In this document: piece after piece, positions 39,865 through 50,832 of the stretch
Position numbering within the stretch: position 1 is the stretch's first letter
How the letters are laid out: every line of letters starts with the position of its first letter
DNA from: Verrucomicrobiia bacterium
GTDB lineage: Bacteria > Verrucomicrobiota > Verrucomicrobiia > Limisphaerales > UBA1319
Length of the DNA: 64,000 nucleotides
Assembly (NCBI GenBank): GCA_963664225.1
Contig: OY760937.1
Span: 3,808,001-3,872,000, forward strand
Direction: 5' to 3'
Program-made: the position numbers and the translations under genes
The notes under the pieces: generated by a model
What the model was told of the DNA's origin: nothing
Seen by the model: only the letters and a program-made list of their open reading frames with translations
The model's database searches: none

Positions 39865-42800
39865 ATGACGCAGTGGCTTTATCGTGCCGCGTGTATTCTC
39901 CTGTTTTCATTGGTCACGACTTCGAGCCTGAGTTCCGTTCAAGCGCAGGGCACGTTGACCAATGGAGTCAGCCAGGATGGCGCGATCTCGGCCGCAGGCG
40001 AAACTGATTCATGGACCATGGCTGCAATCCGGGGGGGCCGAATCACAGTGCAGATTGCAAAACTCACCGGCGGCGCGGGTTTTACCCCGATGATCGAAAT
40101 GTTTTCATCTGACGGCCTGTCGCTTGGAGTCAGCTCGGGTGCCGTGGCGGCGCGACTCGATATCCAGGCGGGGACCAGCGGCAACCTCACCGTGATGGTC
40201 AGCGACGCTCATCAGACCGGGACGGGTAACTACCGATTGCTGCTTGCGCAGGTGCCGGAAGTGTTCACTGTGCCCGCTGGCGATGATGGCGGGGCGTTGG
40301 CCAACGGATTTAATCACCTGGGTACAATCGATCTGGGAGATTTGGATCTTTGGTCTTTCACCGCGAATGCTGGAGACCGGATCGCACTGCAGATTTCCAA
40401 ACTTACCGGTGGCGCGGGGTTCGCGCCGATGATTGAATTATTTGGTCCTGACGGCGCCCGGGTGGGTGTTGATTCGGGAAACCTGGCCGCGCGAGTGGAC
40501 GCGCAGGCTGAAACCAGCGGCACATATACGGTCCTTGTCAGCGCCAGGATTCCTGATGGCTCAGGCAACTACCAACTTCAATTGGCGCAGATTCCCGGCA
40601 GTTTTGTGATCCCGGACGGCGACGAGGGCGGTGCTCTGTCCGACGGGGTGAATCAGAGTGGTTCGATCACGCAGGGCGACCTCGATCTCTGGACTTTTGT
40701 GGCCAGCCCCGGAGATCATATCACATTGGATCTTACGAAACTGTCCGGCGGTGTCGGTTTTACGCCGAGATTCGAATTGTTTGCTCCTGCCGGCGGCGCG
40801 AAGGCATCCGCCCAAGGCGCAACAGCAGCGACGATCGATACGGCTATGGAGGTCGGCGGCACCTACACCATCCTTGTCAGTGATGGCACCAAGAGTGGAT
40901 CGGGCACCTATCAACTTCACTTGACACGCGGCACCATCGCACCGGCTGGAGCCAATGTGCTCACAAATGGAGCGACTGCCCTGGGAAGCATTTCATCCGC
41001 AGGTCATGAGGATCTCTGGACCTTTGCGGCCAGTGTTGGCGACAGCATCGTCATTCGTGCGGGGGAGACGGTTGCAGGCAGCAGTCTGGCTCCCCAGTTG
41101 CGGCTCTACAATCCCGATAATGTTTTGATCAGTTCCTCCACCGCGGCGTCGGCAGCGGAGGTCGCGGTGCGGGCGACCAATAGTGGAACTTTCACGGTGG
41201 CCATCCGCAATAATAACGGCGGGACGGGCACGGGGGGCTATCGGCTGAGCCTGGCGAAAACAGGCAGCCTACTAAATATCTCACCCACGGATGAAGGCGG
41301 CCCCCTGACTAATGGAACAACTTATCTGGGCACCATCGACACTGGGGACATTGACGCATGGACATTCACCGCCAACGCGGGCGAAAGCATCGTTGTGCGG
41401 ATGGGCGAAGTAACGTCCAGCACACTCACTCCCCAACTGCGCCTTTACGGTCCGGATGGGGTTTTATTGGACAGCGCCTACGCGGCTTCGGCCGCCGAAG
41501 TTACCGTGCGTGCCACCAATGGCGGCACTTTCGTGGTGGTGGCTGGCGATTTATCTTCCGGCTGGGCTGGCACGGGCAATTATCGGCTAAGTCTGGCGAA
41601 AACAGGCAGCGCACCCGCCATCTCGCCGACGGACGAAGGCGGCCCCCTGACTAATGGAACAACTTATCTGGGCACCATCGACACTGGGGACATTGACGCA
41701 TGGACATTCACCGCCAACGCAGGCGAAAGCATCGTTGTGCGGATGGGCGAAGTAACGTCCAGCACACTCACGCCCCAACTGCGCCTTTACGGCCCGGATG
41801 GGGTTTTATTGGACAGCGCCTACGCGGCTTCGGCCGCCGAAGTGGCCGTGCGCGCAACCGTTAGTGGAACTTTTTTAGTGGTGGCTGGCGATTTATCTTC
41901 CGGCTGGGCTGGCACGGGCAATTATCGGCTAAGTCTGGCGAAAACAGGCAGCGCACCCGCCATCTCGCCGACGGACGAAGGAGGCCCCCTGACTAATGGA
42001 ACAACTTATCTGGGCACCATCGACACCGGGGATATTGACGCCTGGACTTTCACGGCCAACGCGGGGGATAGCATCGTTGTGCGGATGGGCGAAGTAACGT
42101 CCAGCACACTCACGCCCCAGCTGCGCCTTTACGGCCCGGATGGAGTTTTATTGGACAGTAGCTACGCATCGGCGGCCGCCGAAGTGGTCGTGCGCGCAAC
42201 CGTTAGTGGAACTTTTCTGGTGGTGGCAGGGGATCTTTCATCCGGTTGGACTGGCACAGGCAACTACCGATTAAGTCTGGCAAAAAGTGACAGCCCACTG
42301 ACGATCTCACCCTCGGACGAAGGAGGCACCATGATCAATGGGACCACGTATCTGGGCACCATCGACACCGGGGATATTGACGCCTGGACTTTCACGGCCA
42401 ACGCGGGGGATAGCATCATCGTGCGAATGGGGGAACTTGTGTCGAGCACTCTGACACCTCACCTTCGTCTCTATGGGCCGGATGGTGTTTTATTGGATAG
42501 CGCCAACGCGGCCACTGCTGCGGAAGTGACTGTGCGCGCCACCAATAGCGGGACATTCATGGTGGTGGCGGACGATCTTTCATCCGGCTGGACTGGCACG
42601 GGCAACTACCGGCTGAGCCTGGCAAAGACGGTCAGTCCGATTGTGGTTTCTGCTGGAGACGAGGGCGGGCCAATGACCGGCGGTGGCGAATATGAGGGTA
42701 TGATCGACACCGGCGATATCGATGCCTGGACGCTCACGACTTGCGCAGGGGATATCCTTTCATTCCAGCTATCGGAACTTGTAAGTGGCAGCACATTGAC

Positions 42801-43209
42801 ACCTTTCATTCGCCTTTATGGAAGGGACGGGACGCTTTTGAAATCTCTATCAGGCGCTGCGACGGCGCAATTCACAATGACCGCACCAGCGAGCGGCACC
42901 TACATGGTGGTGGTGGGTGACTTGAGTTCTGGTTGGGCCGGCACGGGGACCTATCGGTTGGTGGTTAACGGGCTTTCCGATGGTTTGAAGGTGTGCCTGC
43001 CAACAGTGGCCGGCGGAAACCTGAACCTCATCGGTGTGGGCGGAGTTCCGGGCGCCAATTTCGTACTTTTCACGGCCACGAATATCACCACGCGGTTGGA
43101 CCTCTGGACACCCATCCAGACCAATCAATTCGACCCATACGGAACATTTGCTTATACAAATTTCTTCTCCCCAAACGTTCCGAGGCAATTTTTTCTCATC
43201 CGACAATAA
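39865..43209 (+). CDS. Secreted surface protein of tandem PPC-like beta-sandwich repeats
   Basis: Signal peptide from ATG 39865 and about nine repeats of GxIxxGDxDxWTFTANAG...LYGPDG...GNYRL. Confidence 0.8.
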   Translation: MTQWLYRAACILLFSLVTTSSLSSVQAQGTLTNGVSQDGAISAAGETDSWTMAAIRGGRITVQIAKLTGGAGFTPMIEMFSSDGLSLGVSSGAVAARLDIQAGTSGNLTVMVSDAHQTGTGNYRLLLAQVPEVFTVPAGDDGGALANGFNHLGTIDLGDLDLWSFTANAGDRIALQISKLTGGAGFAPMIELFGPDGARVGVDSGNLAARVDAQAETSGTYTVLVSARIPDGSGNYQLQLAQIPGSFVIPDGDEGGALSDGVNQSGSITQGDLDLWTFVASPGDHITLDLTKLSGGVGFTPRFELFAPAGGAKASAQGATAATIDTAMEVGGTYTILVSDGTKSGSGTYQLHLTRGTIAPAGANVLTNGATALGSISSAGHEDLWTFAASVGDSIVIRAGETVAGSSLAPQLRLYNPDNVLISSSTAASAAEVAVRATNSGTFTVAIRNNNGGTGTGGYRLSLAKTGSLLNISPTDEGGPLTNGTTYLGTIDTGDIDAWTFTANAGESIVVRMGEVTSSTLTPQLRLYGPDGVLLDSAYAASAAEVTVRATNGGTFVVVAGDLSSGWAGTGNYRLSLAKTGSAPAISPTDEGGPLTNGTTYLGTIDTGDIDAWTFTANAGESIVVRMGEVTSSTLTPQLRLYGPDGVLLDSAYAASAAEVAVRATVSGTFLVVAGDLSSGWAGTGNYRLSLAKTGSAPAISPTDEGGPLTNGTTYLGTIDTGDIDAWTFTANAGDSIVVRMGEVTSSTLTPQLRLYGPDGVLLDSSYASAAAEVVVRATVSGTFLVVAGDLSSGWTGTGNYRLSLAKSDSPLTISPSDEGGTMINGTTYLGTIDTGDIDAWTFTANAGDSIIVRMGELVSSTLTPHLRLYGPDGVLLDSANAATAAEVTVRATNSGTFMVVADDLSSGWTGTGNYRLSLAKTVSPIVVSAGDEGGPMTGGGEYEGMIDTGDIDAWTLTTCAGDILSFQLSELVSGSTLTPFIRLYGRDGTLLKSLSGAATAQFTMTAPASGTYMVVVGDLSSGWAGTGTYRLVVNGLSDGLKVCLPTVAGGNLNLIGVGGVPGANFVLFTATNITTRLDLWTPIQTNQFDPYGTFAYTNFFSPNVPRQFFLIRQ
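41251..42960 (+). repeat. Intragenic 342-bp (114-aa) tandem repeat, about five units
   Basis: Unit starts CTGGC(G/A)AA at 41251, 41593, 41935, 42277 and 42619; the first three units are nearly identical in DNA. Confidence 0.9.
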
Positions 43210-43455
43210 CGACTTGCCTTTCACGAATACCCGGAGCCCGAAAGAACCGCTTTACCCTGCTTCGTGGGTTGCGAATTCCCTGCTCCAATGAGAACCAGGC
43301 GGCTGTAATTCATTGAGCATGGTGGGCAAATATGAACACGCGCAATTTCCAAAAGTTGGCCTCTTTTGATCGTTCCCGCGGCATTTATTAAGATTTGGGC
43401 TGTTTTACTTTAGGGAAAGCAGCTTTTGTTCCATTCGAGGACGCCGCAAAACCAC

Positions 43456-43471
43456 TGGCACGTTCCGTGCT
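43456..43471 (+). promoter_or_regulatory. Sigma-54 (-24/-12) promoter upstream of nifA
   Basis: TGGCACGTTCCGTGCT fits GG-N10-GC. Confidence 0.7.
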
Positions 43472-43482
43472 AAACCTCCGGG

Positions 43483-45135
43483 GTGCGGAAGATGATGGAT
43501 AAATGTCTGCCGGGATGTCCGGGGATTGATAACAAGGGTGCAAAGCCGTCCTCAACGGAGGGTGCGCCCATGGGGTGTCGCGTTGTGGACGAATTGAGTC
43601 TGCTCTTCGACATTTCCTACACGCTCGAAAGCAGTTCGGATCTGCGTGACGTGATCCGGCCTGTGCTGCTGAAAATGGCGGATGTGCTGGGCATGAAACG
43701 CGGCACCATTACCATACTGAATCGGGATCAAAACGAGGTCAGCATCAGTGAGGCGATTGGCCTGCCCGACGAGCAGAGCCAGCAGGACTATTTGCAGGCG
43801 TGCCGCGAATTAATCCAACAGGCGATCAACACGCGACAGGCGGTGGTGGTCGCGGACATTTCCAGGGAACCGTTGCTGAAGCAACGCTGGGAACAGGAAA
43901 AGAAGCTGGATCCCGCGCTTGCCCGTGCGGCCTACATTTGCGTGCCCATCAAATTTGGCGAGGAGATAGTCGGCGCGTTGAGCGTTGAAAGGCTCCTGGA
44001 CAAACGGGCGGCTTTGTCGTCCGACCGGCGGCTTCTATCGCTCATTGCCAGCGTTATCGCGCAGACCGTTCATTTTCATCGGATCACCCAGGAAAAGGTT
44101 GAGGCCCTCCAGCGCGAAAACAACCGCCTGCAGGAGCAGATTAAAACCAGTTTTCGTCCACCGAACATGATCGGCAATTCGAGCGCCATGCGTTCGGTTT
44201 ACCGGCATATCGAGCAGGTGGCCAACAGCGCCACCACGGTGTTGATTCGCGGGGAAAGCGGTGTGGGCAAGGAACTCGTCGCCCGAGCCCTGCACGAGCA
44301 AAGCCAGCGCAAGGGCAGGGCGTTCGTGAAATTCAACTGCGCCGCGCTGCCGGAGTCGATCGTCGAAAGTGAATTGTTCGGCCACGAGAAAGGGGCGTTC
44401 ACGGGCGCCGTTGCCATGCGCAAAGGCCGCTTTGAAGTGGCCGATGGAGGGACGATATTTCTGGATGAAATCGGCGATGTTTCCGCGACCACGCAGGTGA
44501 AGTTGCTGCGGGTGCTGCAGGAAAAGGAATTTGAGCGCGTGGGCAGCCACACACCCATCCGCTGCAACGTGCGCGTCATAACCGCCACCAGCCGGAACCT
44601 TGAGGAAATGATCGAGCAGGAAAAATTCCGCGCCGATCTATATTACAGGCTCAATGTATTTCCGATATACGTTCCGCCGCTTCGCGACCGAAAATCCGAC
44701 ATGCTCCTGCTGGCGGATTATTTTGTGGAAAAGTATTCCAAACTCAATCAGAAGTCCGTTCGCCGCATTTCAACAGCGGCGATCGACCTGCTGACGAGCT
44801 ACCACTGGCCCGGCAATGTGCGCGAGTTGGAGAACTGCATGGAACGCGCGGTCTTGCTCTGCCAGGACAAGTGTATCGAAGCCCATCACCTGCCGCCAAC
44901 GTTACAGAAGAAGGATGCGTCCGAGAAAAAGTCCGGCGGCACGCTCGATTCCGCGGTTTCCGCGCTCGAATATGAACTCATTGTGGCGGAATTAAAGAAT
45001 TGCGATGGCAACATGGCTGCCGCGGCGCGGAATCTTGGGCTGACGGAACGCCAGATGGGGCTGCGCGTGAAACGGTTTGGAATCGACTATAAGCGCTTCC
45101 GTCTTGGCGGCCCGGAGGAGGCTACATCCGCGTAG
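43483..45135 (+). CDS. nifA: NifA-like sigma-54 activator (GAF-AAA+-HTH)
   Basis: GAF domain, GESGVGKE, GAFTGA, WPGNVRELEN, C-terminal HTH; directly upstream of nifH. Start uncertain (ATG 43570 has a GGAGG RBS). Confidence 0.85.
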   Translation: MRKMMDKCLPGCPGIDNKGAKPSSTEGAPMGCRVVDELSLLFDISYTLESSSDLRDVIRPVLLKMADVLGMKRGTITILNRDQNEVSISEAIGLPDEQSQQDYLQACRELIQQAINTRQAVVVADISREPLLKQRWEQEKKLDPALARAAYICVPIKFGEEIVGALSVERLLDKRAALSSDRRLLSLIASVIAQTVHFHRITQEKVEALQRENNRLQEQIKTSFRPPNMIGNSSAMRSVYRHIEQVANSATTVLIRGESGVGKELVARALHEQSQRKGRAFVKFNCAALPESIVESELFGHEKGAFTGAVAMRKGRFEVADGGTIFLDEIGDVSATTQVKLLRVLQEKEFERVGSHTPIRCNVRVITATSRNLEEMIEQEKFRADLYYRLNVFPIYVPPLRDRKSDMLLLADYFVEKYSKLNQKSVRRISTAAIDLLTSYHWPGNVRELENCMERAVLLCQDKCIEAHHLPPTLQKKDASEKKSGGTLDSAVSALEYELIVAELKNCDGNMAAAARNLGLTERQMGLRVKRFGIDYKRFRLGGPEEATSA

Positions 45136-45289
45136 GTTCATCCCTTAAAGCTACTTTAAGGTAGCTTTTAAATTCCTTCTTTGATTCAGCGCTCCACCTT
45201 CTTCCGGTTGCTTCATTCTGTACAATACCCCTGTGTTTGTTGCCTGGTATTCAGTTAAGGAAGCGGCTCCAGGCGCCTGAATAGTCAGA

Positions 45290-45305
45290 TGGCATGCAAG
45301 CTGCA
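45290..45305 (+). promoter_or_regulatory. Sigma-54 promoter of the nifH operon
   Basis: TGGCATGCAAGCTGCA fits GG-N10-GC, 70 nt upstream of nifH. Confidence 0.75.
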
Positions 45306-45360
45306 TAAGGAGTTGTCGGTGAGCGAACAGTCCACCGACAAAGTCAGCCAGAAGAAATGA

Positions 45361-46200
<840 letters not shown>

Positions 46201-46236
46201 ACGGATCGCACCATAAACAAAAAACCCCACAAATAA

Positions 46237-46566
46237 ATGTCAACATTGGTTCAAGCAGTCGTACGTCCGGAAAAAGTTCACGATGTCATGAAGTCCCTTC
46301 TCGAAGCCGGATTTCCCGCGGTGACGAAAATGGATGTGTTCGGTCGCGGCAAACAACGCGGTCTGAAGGTGGGCGAAATCACCTATGACGAATTGCCCAA
46401 GGAATTGCTCCTGGTGGTCGTGCCGGACACCGACAAGGAACTCGTGGTGGAGACCATCGTGAAAACGGCGCGCACCGGCGAAAAAGGCACTTTCGGTGAT
46501 GGCAAGATATTCATCTCGAAAGTCGAGGAAACCTACACCGTCAGCAGCGGGGCAAAGGACGCATGA
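46237..46566 (+). CDS. nifI1: PII-family nitrogenase regulator NifI1
   Basis: VFGRGKQRG, FGDGKIF; lies between nifH and nifD. Confidence 0.9.
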   Translation: MSTLVQAVVRPEKVHDVMKSLLEAGFPAVTKMDVFGRGKQRGLKVGEITYDELPKELLLVVVPDTDKELVVETIVKTARTGEKGTFGDGKIFISKVEETYTVSSGAKDA

Positions 46567-46940
46567 AAAACATCATCGCCATCATCCGCATGAACAAGGT
46601 CAACGCCACGAAGACCGCATTGATAGACGCCGGTTTCCCGGCTTTCACTGTCCGTAAGGTCCTGGGACGAGGCAAGGGCAATGTGGATTTCCGGGTCATT
46701 CACGGGGCTGAAGCGGGCGCTCCGGAAGCCATTGCCCGCCTGAAGGACGACGGTCCCATGCTCATTCCCAAGCGGATGATGACCATTGCCGCCGAGGATG
46801 GCGCCGTGCCAAAGATCATCGAGGCCATCATCAAAACAAACCAGACCGGCCAGAAGGGCGATGGGAAAATATTCGTTCTGCCCCTGGAGGAAGTGGTTCG
46901 CATCCGCACCGGCGAGCGCGATGCCGCCGCGGTGAACTAA
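46563..46940 (+). CDS. nifI2: PII-family nitrogenase regulator NifI2
   Basis: AIIRMNKVNATK, GRGKG, GDGKIFV. Confidence 0.9.
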   Translation: MKNIIAIIRMNKVNATKTALIDAGFPAFTVRKVLGRGKGNVDFRVIHGAEAGAPEAIARLKDDGPMLIPKRMMTIAAEDGAVPKIIEAIIKTNQTGQKGDGKIFVLPLEEVVRIRTGERDAAAVN

Positions 46941-46961
46941 ACCATCAACACAAATATTCCT

Positions 46962-48674
46962 ATGCCCGAAACACCTGACGTTACTCCAAGTCCCTTGCCT
47001 TCCGCAGAGCAAGTGCGGGAGGAGATGTTGAAGATCTATCCGGCGAAGACGCGCAAAAAGCGTTCCAAGCAGATGATCGTCAACGACCCTGAAGCCCCGC
47101 CGGAAGTGGCCGCCAACACCCGAACCGTGCCCGGCATCATGACACAACGTGGATGCACCTATGCGGGCTGTCGCGGTGTGGTCATGGGACCGATTTACGA
47201 TCTGCTGCAAATCACTCATGGACCGATTGGCTGCGGCTATTACGCCTGGATGACGCGTCGCAATCTGGCCCGTCCGAAGCCCGGCGAACCGAATTTCATG
47301 CAATACTCCATGTCCACGGACATGCAGGAGGATCAGATCATTTTCGGCGGCGAGAAGAAGTTGAAACAGGCGATCCAGGAGGCATACGACCTGTTCAAAC
47401 CCAAGGCCATTGCGATTCTATCGACCTGCCCGGTGGGGCTCATTGGCGACGATGTTCACGCTGTGGCCCGCGAGATGAAGGAGAAGCTCGGCATCAACGT
47501 CATGGGCTTCAGCTGTGAAGGTTACAAGGGCGTGAGCCAATCCGCCGGCCATCACATCGCCAACAACGGCGTGTTCAAAAACATCATCGGCCTCAATGAC
47601 GAGGCGGACGAGGCGGAGTTCAATCTCAACATCCTTGGCGAATACAACATTGGCGGTGACGCATGGGAAATCGACGGGCTGCTGCGTAAGTGCGGCATCC
47701 ATGTCACCGCGACGTTGAGCGGCGACGTCAATTACACCCAGGTCACCAAGGCTCATACCGCGATGCTCAATGTCGTGATGTGCCACCGCTCCATAAATTA
47801 CATCGCAGAGATGATGGAGAAGAAATTTGGTATTCCCTGGATCAAGGGAAATTTCATTGGCGCGGAATCCACTGCCAAGTCACTGCGCAAGATCGCAAAG
47901 TATTTCGAGAGCAAGAAACTTTCCGATCGCGTGGATGAGATCATCGCCCTGGAAATGCTCAAGCTCAAACCGATCCAGGCGGACATAACCACACGCTGCA
48001 AAGGCAAGAAGGTCGCCCTTTTTGTGGGCGGTTCGCGGGCGCATCATTATCAGGATTTGTTCCGCGACATCGGCATGGAAGTCGTATCCGCTGGCTACGA
48101 ATTTGCTCACCGTGATGACTACGAAGGCCGCAAAGTTTTGCCAAGCATCAAGGTGGACGCCGATAGCCGGAACATTGAGGAACTGCACGTCGAGGCCGAT
48201 CCCGCACGTTTCAAGCCGCGAAAGTCGCCGGAGCAACTGGCCGCGCTCGCGGCAGGCGGATTCACCTTCAAGGATTACGAAGGAATGATGGCGGAAATGA
48301 AAAAAGGCGTGCTGGTTATTGACGACATCAGCCACCACGAGATCGAAAAACTGATCGAGCTTTACAATCCCGACATCATTGGCTCGGGCATCAAAGACAA
48401 GTATGTCATCGAGAAAATGGGCATTCCCTGCAAACAACTGCACAGCTACGACTACGGCGGTCCGTATGCGGGATTCACCGGAGCGATCAATTTCTACCGC
48501 GAGATCGACCGGATGTTGAGCACGAAGGTCTGGAAATACGTCGTGCCGCCCTGGGAAAAGGAACCGCAGCTCACCGCCAGTTTTGGCAGTCCCGCCAAAA
48601 GGAATGGTGTAAAGCGTGAGAGCGAAACGAAATCGTTCGTCCGCCAGCCCGTGGCCACCGTTGACGAAGTCTGA
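46962..48674 (+). CDS. nifD: Nitrogenase MoFe protein alpha chain (group II, with insertion)
   Basis: RGCTYAGC, HGPIGC, cofactor ligand motifs CHRS and QLHSYDY, clostridial-type insertion DADSRNIEEL. Confidence 0.97.
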   Translation: MPETPDVTPSPLPSAEQVREEMLKIYPAKTRKKRSKQMIVNDPEAPPEVAANTRTVPGIMTQRGCTYAGCRGVVMGPIYDLLQITHGPIGCGYYAWMTRRNLARPKPGEPNFMQYSMSTDMQEDQIIFGGEKKLKQAIQEAYDLFKPKAIAILSTCPVGLIGDDVHAVAREMKEKLGINVMGFSCEGYKGVSQSAGHHIANNGVFKNIIGLNDEADEAEFNLNILGEYNIGGDAWEIDGLLRKCGIHVTATLSGDVNYTQVTKAHTAMLNVVMCHRSINYIAEMMEKKFGIPWIKGNFIGAESTAKSLRKIAKYFESKKLSDRVDEIIALEMLKLKPIQADITTRCKGKKVALFVGGSRAHHYQDLFRDIGMEVVSAGYEFAHRDDYEGRKVLPSIKVDADSRNIEELHVEADPARFKPRKSPEQLAALAAGGFTFKDYEGMMAEMKKGVLVIDDISHHEIEKLIELYNPDIIGSGIKDKYVIEKMGIPCKQLHSYDYGGPYAGFTGAINFYREIDRMLSTKVWKYVVPPWEKEPQLTASFGSPAKRNGVKRESETKSFVRQPVATVDEV

Positions 48675-48697
48675 CCCCGTAACAAAGGAAAATATTT

Positions 48698-50071
48698 ATG
48701 CTTAACGCAACGACCAGGGAAATCAAACCCCGCGAAGCACTGCGGATCAACCCCGCCAAGACCTGCCAACCCATCGGCGCGATGTATGCCGCGCTCGGCA
48801 TACACGGTTGCATGCCGCATAGCCACGGATCGCAAGGCTGCTGCTCCTATCACCGCAGCCACCTGACGCGGCATTACAAGGAACCGGTCGTTGCCACGAC
48901 CAGTTCCTTCACCGAAGGTGCATCGGTGTTCGGCGGCCTGGCCAATCTTACGCAGGCGTTGTCCAACATCTTCTCGATCTACAACCCGGATATCGTGGCC
49001 ATTCATACCACGTGCCTCTCGGAGGTCATTGGTGATTCCATTCCGACCTTCGTGCAGAAGGCGCGGGACGAAGGCATTGTGCCGCCCGGCAAAATTGTCA
49101 TTCACGCGAACACGCCGAGCTTTGTTGGATCTCATATCACCGGTTTTTCGAACATGACATCGGCCATGGTGCGTTACCTGGCCGAGAAAACGGGGAACGT
49201 CTTTAATCAATTGAACCTCATTCCTGGCTGGGTCGATCCGACGGACATGCGCGAACTGAAACGCATTGCCCGGGAAATGGGCGTGAAGATCGTCATGTTC
49301 CCCGACACGAGCGACGTATTGGACCTACCGCAAACCGGCGTTTATCACATGTATCCCAAAGGCGGAACCACCCTGGCGGAATTGAAATCCATAGGCGACA
49401 GCATGGCGACACTCGCTCTCGGTCATTTCTCCGCGCATCCCGCCGCGATTGAACTTGATGAAAAGTGCAACGTTCCCTGCGCCTTTCTGGAAACACCCAT
49501 CGGTCTTACGCAAACGGACCGTTTCATTCATGCGCTCCGCAACTACGCTGGTGTGGATGTGCCCGCCTCGATCAACTACGAGCGCGGCCGCCTGCTCGAT
49601 GTGATGAGCGACATGCACCAGTACTTCCACGGTAAACGGGTCGCCGTCAGCGGGGATCCTGACAACGTGATCTCGCTCGTGCAATTCCTGGTGGAGTTGG
49701 ACATGAAACCGGTCTATGTCATCACCGGCTCACCCGGCAACCATTTTGAGCAACGCGTGAAGGAGATTTTGAAGGACCAGGCCCCCGACGCGAAGGTCAA
49801 ACAAAACGCGGATTTGTTCGAGTTGCATCAATGGATCAAGAACGAGCCGGTGGATTTGCTCATCACCAATACCTACGGCAAATACATAGCGCGCGCCGAA
49901 AACATCCCGTTCGTGCGTTTTGGTTTCCCAGTGCTCGACCGCATGGGCCATCGGTTGTTCCCAACAGTCGGTTACTCCGGCGCCATGCGACTGCTCGACA
50001 AGATCATCGACGCACTGCTCGACAAGAAAGATCGCGAATGTCCCGAGGAATACTTCGAACTCGTTCAATAG
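48698..50071 (+). CDS. nifK: Nitrogenase MoFe protein beta chain
   Basis: INPAKTCQPIGA, HGSQGCCSY, TTCLSE; short N-terminus. Confidence 0.97.
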   Translation: MLNATTREIKPREALRINPAKTCQPIGAMYAALGIHGCMPHSHGSQGCCSYHRSHLTRHYKEPVVATTSSFTEGASVFGGLANLTQALSNIFSIYNPDIVAIHTTCLSEVIGDSIPTFVQKARDEGIVPPGKIVIHANTPSFVGSHITGFSNMTSAMVRYLAEKTGNVFNQLNLIPGWVDPTDMRELKRIAREMGVKIVMFPDTSDVLDLPQTGVYHMYPKGGTTLAELKSIGDSMATLALGHFSAHPAAIELDEKCNVPCAFLETPIGLTQTDRFIHALRNYAGVDVPASINYERGRLLDVMSDMHQYFHGKRVAVSGDPDNVISLVQFLVELDMKPVYVITGSPGNHFEQRVKEILKDQAPDAKVKQNADLFELHQWIKNEPVDLLITNTYGKYIARAENIPFVRFGFPVLDRMGHRLFPTVGYSGAMRLLDKIIDALLDKKDRECPEEYFELVQ

Positions 50072-50074
50072 AAT

Positions 50075-50314
50075 ATGAAAATAAGCGCACGCAACAAACT
50101 GCCCGGAAAGATCAAAAAGATCACCGCAGGACCGATTCATGCCGAAGTCATCATTTCCCTCCCTGATGGCATGGAAATAGTCGCCGTCATCACCCGGGAA
50201 TCGGCAAAGTCTCTCGGCCTCAAAAAAGGCATGGAAGTCCGGGCAGTGGTAAAATCCACGGACGTCATGGTGGGCGTTTGCTGCGGTCACGAAGACTGCA
50301 CCTGCACCAAATGA
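50075..50314 (+). CDS. Molbindin/TOBE molybdate-binding protein (Mop-like)
   Basis: MKISARNKLPGKI...AVITRES...LGL...VKSTDVM. Confidence 0.9.
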   Translation: MKISARNKLPGKIKKITAGPIHAEVIISLPDGMEIVAVITRESAKSLGLKKGMEVRAVVKSTDVMVGVCCGHEDCTCTK

Positions 50315-50832
50315 ACACACACGCCGCCAGACCCGTTGCGTTCACACTCCGTCCCGCGCTGGAGAGTGACGTGACGGAATTGTTCGCCATGGTTCGCGAG
50401 CTGGCGGTTTTTGAAAAACTGGAGCACGAACTCCAGGTCACTGCGTCAAAGCTTCGCGAGGCGTTGTTTGGCGATCATCCGCTTGGTTTTGCGATCATTG
50501 CAGCCGCTGCCGGTGGAACGGTGGGGTATGCGATTTATTACCGCACCTTTTCTTCGTTCGTCTGTCGTGCCGGGATCTTCCTTGAAGACCTTTACGTGCG
50601 CCCGGCCTTTCGCAGGCAGGGCGTCGGTCGAGCCCTGCTGGAACGTGTGGCGGCCATTGCAACGGAGTCTCATTGCGGACGCCTGGAATGGAATGCGCTG
50701 CGTTGGAATGCAAACGCGCTCCGTTTCTACCGGGGCGTTGGCGCGTTGGAACTCGACGAATGGGTAATGTTGCGAATGGACGAGGGGTCCCTGAATCGCT
50801 TCGCTGCTGGAAAGGAGATCTCCAATTCATGA
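50311..50832 (+). CDS. GNAT acetyltransferase (diamine acetyltransferase-like)
   Basis: IFLEDLYVRPAFRRQGVGRAL, WNANALRFY; ATGA overlaps at both ends. Confidence 0.88.
   Translation: MNTHAARPVAFTLRPALESDVTELFAMVRELAVFEKLEHELQVTASKLREALFGDHPLGFAIIAAAAGGTVGYAIYYRTFSSFVCRAGIFLEDLYVRPAFRRQGVGRALLERVAAIATESHCGRLEWNALRWNANALRFYRGVGALELDEWVMLRMDEGSLNRFAAGKEISNS

Noticed and set aside
46962..50071. Alternative V or Fe-only nitrogenase
   Set aside because: No vnfG/anfG between D and K; nifEN and a molbindin are present; CHRS and QLHSYDY fit Mo-type NifD.
50673..50828. 52-aa N-terminal extension of NifE in the ORF track
   Set aside because: Overlaps the GNAT gene; ATG 50829 forms an ATGA junction and fits better.
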